Source: an uncultured Spirochaetota bacterium (GTDB lineage: Bacteria; Spirochaetota; Spirochaetia; SZUA-6; Fen-1364). Taken from it: DNA of 64,000 nt. Shown here piece by piece: positions 59,593-64,000 of the stretch. The DNA lies in contig CAVTHO010000003.1 of NCBI GenBank assembly GCA_963734545.1, forward strand, positions 160,001 through 224,000, in the 5' to 3' direction. Numbering within the stretch: the stretch's first letter is position 1; each line of letters opens with the position of its first letter. The notes below the pieces were generated by a model, which saw only the letters and a list, made by a program, of their open reading frames with translations, searched no databases and was not told where the DNA came from. Made by a program: the position numbers and the translations under genes.

Positions 59593-60714
59593 CTAGTACG
59601 ACAGCGTCTTCAGTCTGGATGACGGGATCGAGTAAAGCTCCAGGGAGAGAGATCCATCGGTCACGAAGCTCCGCGAGAGGAAGACCGTGGCCGTGCCGTT
59701 CACGTACGCTTCCATTGAGTAGCGCAGGGCTCCGAACGGAAAGGCAGTGAGCAGGTTCCCTTCCGGGTCGAAGAGCCTGCCTGCGCCATCCTGCGTGGAC
59801 AGGAGCTCCCCGGTCGTGAGGAGCGCGTCGATCCGGCACGTAATCCCTGTGAGCCGGCGAGCGTTTGCCCCTCCCGTCTCCCATCTCCAGCACTGCCATG
59901 CCCCGGCCGCGTGGAAGCTCGCGTAGCTCACGCCCGTTGCCGGGTCATGATAATAGAGACAGCGGTTCAGGCCGGAGAAGATGGAGGAGAATGTGGGAGA
60001 GAGCGCCCCGGTGGTGTCAGCAACCCCGGAGAACCCGGAGAAGTTGACCGTGTTGAGCGTCGCTTCGTGGATGGAGCCTCCGCTGTCCCGGGCAAGCCAG
60101 TACATCCCGTCACCGCCTATGGAGCTGGACGGGGCAAACTGCGCCCCGAGGACAACCGCGCCCCCGATTCCCGGAGACCCGGCCGCAAGGAGCCCTGTGA
60201 ACGGGTCCGGCGGGAAGAGCTGCGTGATGCTGCCGGGAGAATCCTGCCAGACAATAACCGCCGTGCTGTTGTCCGGCTGCAAAGAGTCGTACGAGAACAG
60301 CGCGGCATAGTCGCCTTCCCAGGCTGTCCGCATCTCGTAGCCGGGGTAGTTCGGGTCCCGTCCGTACAGCCCGCCTATTCCCATCGGTCCCGAACTGGAA
60401 GGATCCGGCGCGCGCACATATCCGCCGTACCCGTCGGGCCTGACGTACATGAGGCTGACTCCGTTCGAGGATGTGAGCAGGATGAACCCGCGGGAAGGGT
60501 CGATCGTGGACAGGGTGCCCAGGGAGGCTTTTACCGGCAGGAACACCGCATCGTATGCCGGGGAATCGGGCCAGATCCTGATGCCGGTATTCACCACGGA
60601 CTGGTATGTCAGCCGCGGCAGATTGATGGCGGCCAGGCTCAGGTCCGCGTCAAAGGGGGGCGAGCAGGAGACGCAGGCGAGCAGGAGAACGGCGAGGAAC
60701 CCGATCTTCCTCAT
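59593..60714 (-). CDS. Hypothetical lipoprotein
   Basis: MRKIGFLAVLLLACVSC lipobox; ATGA overlap with the upstream gene. Confidence 0.7.
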   Translation of the reverse strand: MRKIGFLAVLLLACVSCSPPFDADLSLAAINLPRLTYQSVVNTGIRIWPDSPAYDAVFLPVKASLGTLSTIDPSRGFILLTSSNGVSLMYVRPDGYGGYVRAPDPSSSGPMGIGGLYGRDPNYPGYEMRTAWEGDYAALFSYDSLQPDNSTAVIVWQDSPGSITQLFPPDPFTGLLAAGSPGIGGAVVLGAQFAPSSSIGGDGMYWLARDSGGSIHEATLNTVNFSGFSGVADTTGALSPTFSSIFSGLNRCLYYHDPATGVSYASFHAAGAWQCWRWETGGANARRLTGITCRIDALLTTGELLSTQDGAGRLFDPEGNLLTAFPFGALRYSMEAYVNGTATVFLSRSFVTDGSLSLELYSIPSSRLKTLSY

Positions 60715-62795
60715 AGCAGCCACCTCACCCCAAAACGGATGTTGAGAAAGCTCACGGCCCCCGCGGAAGTGAAGATGTACCCGGCGGGGGGTTGATTTGC
60801 GGGGAACGACTGGGCAAGAAGATCGGGGAATGTCGAGAAGTAGAAGATCGGGGCGTATTCGAGGAAAAGGCGCGCACGGGCACCGACCCTCAGCTCTGCG
60901 CCGACAGCAGCCTGAAGGCCGCCGGGGGAAATGGGGTCCGTACGGAGGCCGGTCCCGGGAAGCAGCACAAAGCGCGCAAAGGGTCCCAGCGCTGCGTAGA
61001 GACGCACGGGAGAGTCCATGGGCAGGAAATACATGCCTGCCTGCAGGGACAGGTTCCACAGAGGGATGCTCTTCACCGCCTGGTTTTCATCCAGGACCAG
61101 GCCGAAGCCGAACGCGGTGACACACAGCCTCAGCCAGGCCGTTTCCGGAATGAAGGAGACCACTGCCGCAACCGAAGGCGAGAAGGCATTTTCGAATCCC
61201 GTTTCCAGGGACAGCAGCGACCGGGACTCCTGGGGAAAGTAGAGATCCCTGTCCGCGTCGACGAATACGGAGCGCTCTGCGGGGAAGTAGCCCACCCGCT
61301 CGGCGCGTAAGGCGCAGACAGCCGCTTCCGGCAGCGTGAGGCGTGCCGTCCCCTCAGGCCCTGCCGTTATCGGACCGCCGGGGCCTCCAGTGATGCGCGT
61401 GCCCGGCAGCGCGTGAAGAGTGAGGAGGATGGCCCGGGTTTCCTCGGGCAGAGGCGGAGCAGCGCTCACCGTCGGATACGTCTCCGACACGGAGTCCACC
61501 AGGTCGTACCATCGTTCCTGGGCAGCCCTCCTGGCGTCCAGGTCTGCTTCCAGCGGGACCGTGCGGTCCACGCGCATGGCCTTTGTCTCCACGTCATAGA
61601 GCTGGACCCGGACAACAGGGGCATCGCGCGTGCCGGAGAACTCGGCGCGCAGCCAGCAGTCCGCTCCCTGGGCAGTCGCGGCCTCTGTCAGGCCAATCGC
61701 GTTCTCCCGCGGGCGTGCCGGATCATTCTCGATCACCGTGAGCCCGTCTATCGAGCGCAGCGCGAGGGCAATCGACTTTTCAAAGCTCAGGGAGTCCATG
61801 GCGGAGTAGGCCGCGCCCCTGCTGTTCTCCACGGAGAGGAGAAGCCGAAGCTGCCGGGAGACCCCGGCGTTCAGGCGGGCGGCTTTCCTGCTCGCTTCCG
61901 ACCGCCGCGCCGCGGCCGAAGCGTTCCAGTGCCGGTCCACGATGGGTGCGAGGCCCCGGACAAACATCTGTTCGATCGCCTCCGAGGAAGGCGTGTAGGG
62001 AAGGGGATCCGCGGAGGGTGCGTCCATCGGGGGATGGGTATCGCGTGCTTTGCGGACCGAAATGAATGAGGCCGAGGAGTCGGCCCCAGGGCTGATCCAG
62101 ATCCGCGCGCCTTCCTCCCAGGCGGCGAGCAGGTCGCGCGCCGACGGATCAAGAGGAAGCCAGACAGCGCCGTCGCGCGGGATCAGGCCGGGAAGCCCCT
62201 GGAGGCTCGACTCCGCTTCGACCGGAGTCATATCGAGCCGGACGGCAAGCAGCACATGCCCGGGAACGGCGAGGATGGCGGTCTCGATCCCCCGTGACTC
62301 GAAAAGAGAAGCGCACAGAACCACGAGGTCGGGTTGGTCCCCCACGCGGGACTTCAGAGTCTGGCCGGGATACTTCAGCAGGCCGGCGCCGCGGGGATCT
62401 CGGGAGGCAACTGAATAAGGCACCTGCAGGTCCTGCGCGAAGAGGACACCTGCGGCCCGAACTGCTCCGAGAAGAGCAATTGAAATCTGGAGCGTCCGGT
62501 CAAGACCGGCGTCATGCAGACGCATGACCGCATCTGATGCCGATCCGGCGAGATCCCGAACAGCGCGATCCTCCGGTTGGATAAATGCTGCCAGGAATCG
62601 CGGGTCGCTCCACGGCACCCGGTTCCTGCCGGAACCCTGGAGCAGCGCGACCTGGCCGGCCGTGCTCCGCATTTCCCCCTGGTCGGCTGTGGCGAGCACC
62701 TCGGCACCGGGTGACGGGGCTTCCGCCGCGGTGGGCAGGACCGATACGGCGAAGAGGATGAGGAGTGGGGCAAGCGCGCGACCCCGGGTTTTCAC
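60711..62795 (-). CDS. Secreted protein: transglutaminase-like domain, PEGA-like segment, C-terminal beta-barrel-like region
   Basis: YPGQTL..RVGDQPDL...PGHVLL...WLPLD; LRAERVGYF; ends FLNIRFGVRWLL; GTG start estimated. Confidence 0.6.
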   Translation of the reverse strand: MKTRGRALAPLLILFAVSVLPTAAEAPSPGAEVLATADQGEMRSTAGQVALLQGSGRNRVPWSDPRFLAAFIQPEDRAVRDLAGSASDAVMRLHDAGLDRTLQISIALLGAVRAAGVLFAQDLQVPYSVASRDPRGAGLLKYPGQTLKSRVGDQPDLVVLCASLFESRGIETAILAVPGHVLLAVRLDMTPVEAESSLQGLPGLIPRDGAVWLPLDPSARDLLAAWEEGARIWISPGADSSASFISVRKARDTHPPMDAPSADPLPYTPSSEAIEQMFVRGLAPIVDRHWNASAAARRSEASRKAARLNAGVSRQLRLLLSVENSRGAAYSAMDSLSFEKSIALALRSIDGLTVIENDPARPRENAIGLTEAATAQGADCWLRAEFSGTRDAPVVRVQLYDVETKAMRVDRTVPLEADLDARRAAQERWYDLVDSVSETYPTVSAAPPLPEETRAILLTLHALPGTRITGGPGGPITAGPEGTARLTLPEAAVCALRAERVGYFPAERSVFVDADRDLYFPQESRSLLSLETGFENAFSPSVAAVVSFIPETAWLRLCVTAFGFGLVLDENQAVKSIPLWNLSLQAGMYFLPMDSPVRLYAALGPFARFVLLPGTGLRTDPISPGGLQAAVGAELRVGARARLFLEYAPIFYFSTFPDLLAQSFPANQPPAGYIFTSAGAVSFLNIRFGVRWLL

Positions 62796-62895
62796 CGGTG
62801 CGTTCCTGTGATCAGGATGTGCGCAGGGTCGACAAGCGGGGTGGGAAATGTCCCTGCTGGTGTCAGGAAGCCGGTGGCGGGATCCATGGAGATGA

Positions 62896-63921
62896 CTACC
62901 ACCATGTCGCCCTCCTTGAAAGCACCCGCGTGGCGCGGTCGAATGTGAAGTAGTGGGTCCCCGAGAGGCTGTAGGATACCTGCATGTCAGGAAGCTTCTC
63001 GAAATGGAGGGTCCCCGGGAGGGCCGCACCTGCCTGATCGAACCGGACGAAGTCACCCGAACCGCCGTCGTTGCCTGCCTGGCCGTAGGAGAAGAAGGCG
63101 CCGCCGGCATAGCCGAGGAACTCGGGCCGCTCTTTGTCTGATGGCTTCGCGAACAGCTCGTAGTTGCCCAGGAGGGGTTCCAGGAGGGTAGAAGGAGCCT
63201 GCTCCATGATATCGGTCCAGGGAATTCTGGCGAAGTGGTCCGTGCCCGTGTCCATGTCCGTGAACACGAAGAAGGCTGCCTGCTGCGCCGGGTCCACGGC
63301 ATTGGCATCGGAGAAGACGGCGCGCAGCGAGTACGCGGATGCCGGGCCGATGGCCGCCGTCCGGGTGCCCGTCGAGCTCCATGTGTCGTTGTACTTCTGG
63401 TAGTCCAGCGAGCTCCCCGTGACGGAGATCTGCGCGGCATTGTAGTTTCCCCCCGTGTGCACGGCGAAGTATTGCTGCCCCGGCCCCTGCGGGACCGACC
63501 ATCCGATCCATGCAAGCTTGTCCGTGACCGTGAAAAGCTGATTGCCGACCATCATGCGGTGCGGCTCCGCGGACCACGCGTCGAACCAGGCCCGGGAGCC
63601 CTGGAGGGGGAAGCCGCCGAGAATGAAGTCCTGGTACGTGAGCGTCTGCAGGACGTTCAAGCCGGCGTCCATGAGCCACAGGTGCGTGCCCTCATATGGC
63701 ATGTCGCTGGCAAGGACGACGTACTCCCTGCCGTAGTCCTCCACGACGCTCAGAGTGAAAGAGCCCGCCGCCGCCGCCGGAATGACTGCCGCCATGTCAG
63801 CCTGTGCCGTGATCAATCCCAGCGCCGGATCCGCCTTCGAGAAGATGCCGTAGATGCTGCAGGTGGACAAGGCCCCGAGCAGGAGGAGGAAGAAGAGGGA
63901 GCGCCCCATGCACCGTTTCAC
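62896..63921 (-). CDS. Hypothetical lipoprotein
   Basis: MGRSLFFLLLLGALSTC lipobox; beta-rich; ends ATWW. Confidence 0.7.
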   Translation of the reverse strand: MKRCMGRSLFFLLLLGALSTCSIYGIFSKADPALGLITAQADMAAVIPAAAAGSFTLSVVEDYGREYVVLASDMPYEGTHLWLMDAGLNVLQTLTYQDFILGGFPLQGSRAWFDAWSAEPHRMMVGNQLFTVTDKLAWIGWSVPQGPGQQYFAVHTGGNYNAAQISVTGSSLDYQKYNDTWSSTGTRTAAIGPASAYSLRAVFSDANAVDPAQQAAFFVFTDMDTGTDHFARIPWTDIMEQAPSTLLEPLLGNYELFAKPSDKERPEFLGYAGGAFFSYGQAGNDGGSGDFVRFDQAGAALPGTLHFEKLPDMQVSYSLSGTHYFTFDRATRVLSRRATWW

Positions 63922-64000
63922 AGCTTGATGACGACCCCGAGCGTCAGCGGGGGAAATCTGGCAGAAACAGGGCTGCCGGAGGCTGCCGAGGTCGAGGCTT
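63918..64000 (-). CDS. 3' end of an upstream gene (partial), outer-membrane-like C-terminus
   Basis: Ends PPLTLGVVIKL* with a GTGA overlap into the next gene. Confidence 0.45.
   Translation of the reverse strand, partial: ASTSAASGSPVSARFPPLTLGVVIKL

Noticed and set aside
62796-63515. N-terminal 240 aa of the 934-aa ORF
   Set aside because: Out-of-frame overlap with the upstream lipoprotein; the signal peptide begins near 62795

Overview
GC-rich bacterial chromosomal window; a Spirochaetia-like origin is inferred from the lipoprotein signals, the HAMP adenylate cyclase and the archaeal-type Asd. Many single-base frameshifts suggest an error-prone assembly. From left to right it holds: the end of an aldolase/MFS operon; a complete selenocysteine operon selD-selC-selA-selB, with an in-frame UGA and a SECIS hairpin in selD; VOC and 5'-3' exonuclease genes; ilvBN under a Val/Leu leader-peptide attenuator; an ECF sigma factor; a NarL-type two-component cluster; ACP plus FabH; an ankyrin protein; TetR/flavoprotein genes; a dienelactone hydrolase and a radical SAM maturase. 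At about 21.7-30.7 kb there is an integron-like attC cassette cluster with no integrase in the window. It carries an AT-rich fused type IIG restriction-modification gene and an unannotated wHTH/PIN-like/coiled-coil/TM protein, which is the best candidate for a new defence system. The right half holds secreted hydrolases, PadR-BtrH, leuCD with a divergent LysR, MFS, aldehyde dehydrogenase, GH53, GH13, an MCP, asd, an adenylate cyclase and an alternating outer-membrane-protein/lipoprotein cluster.
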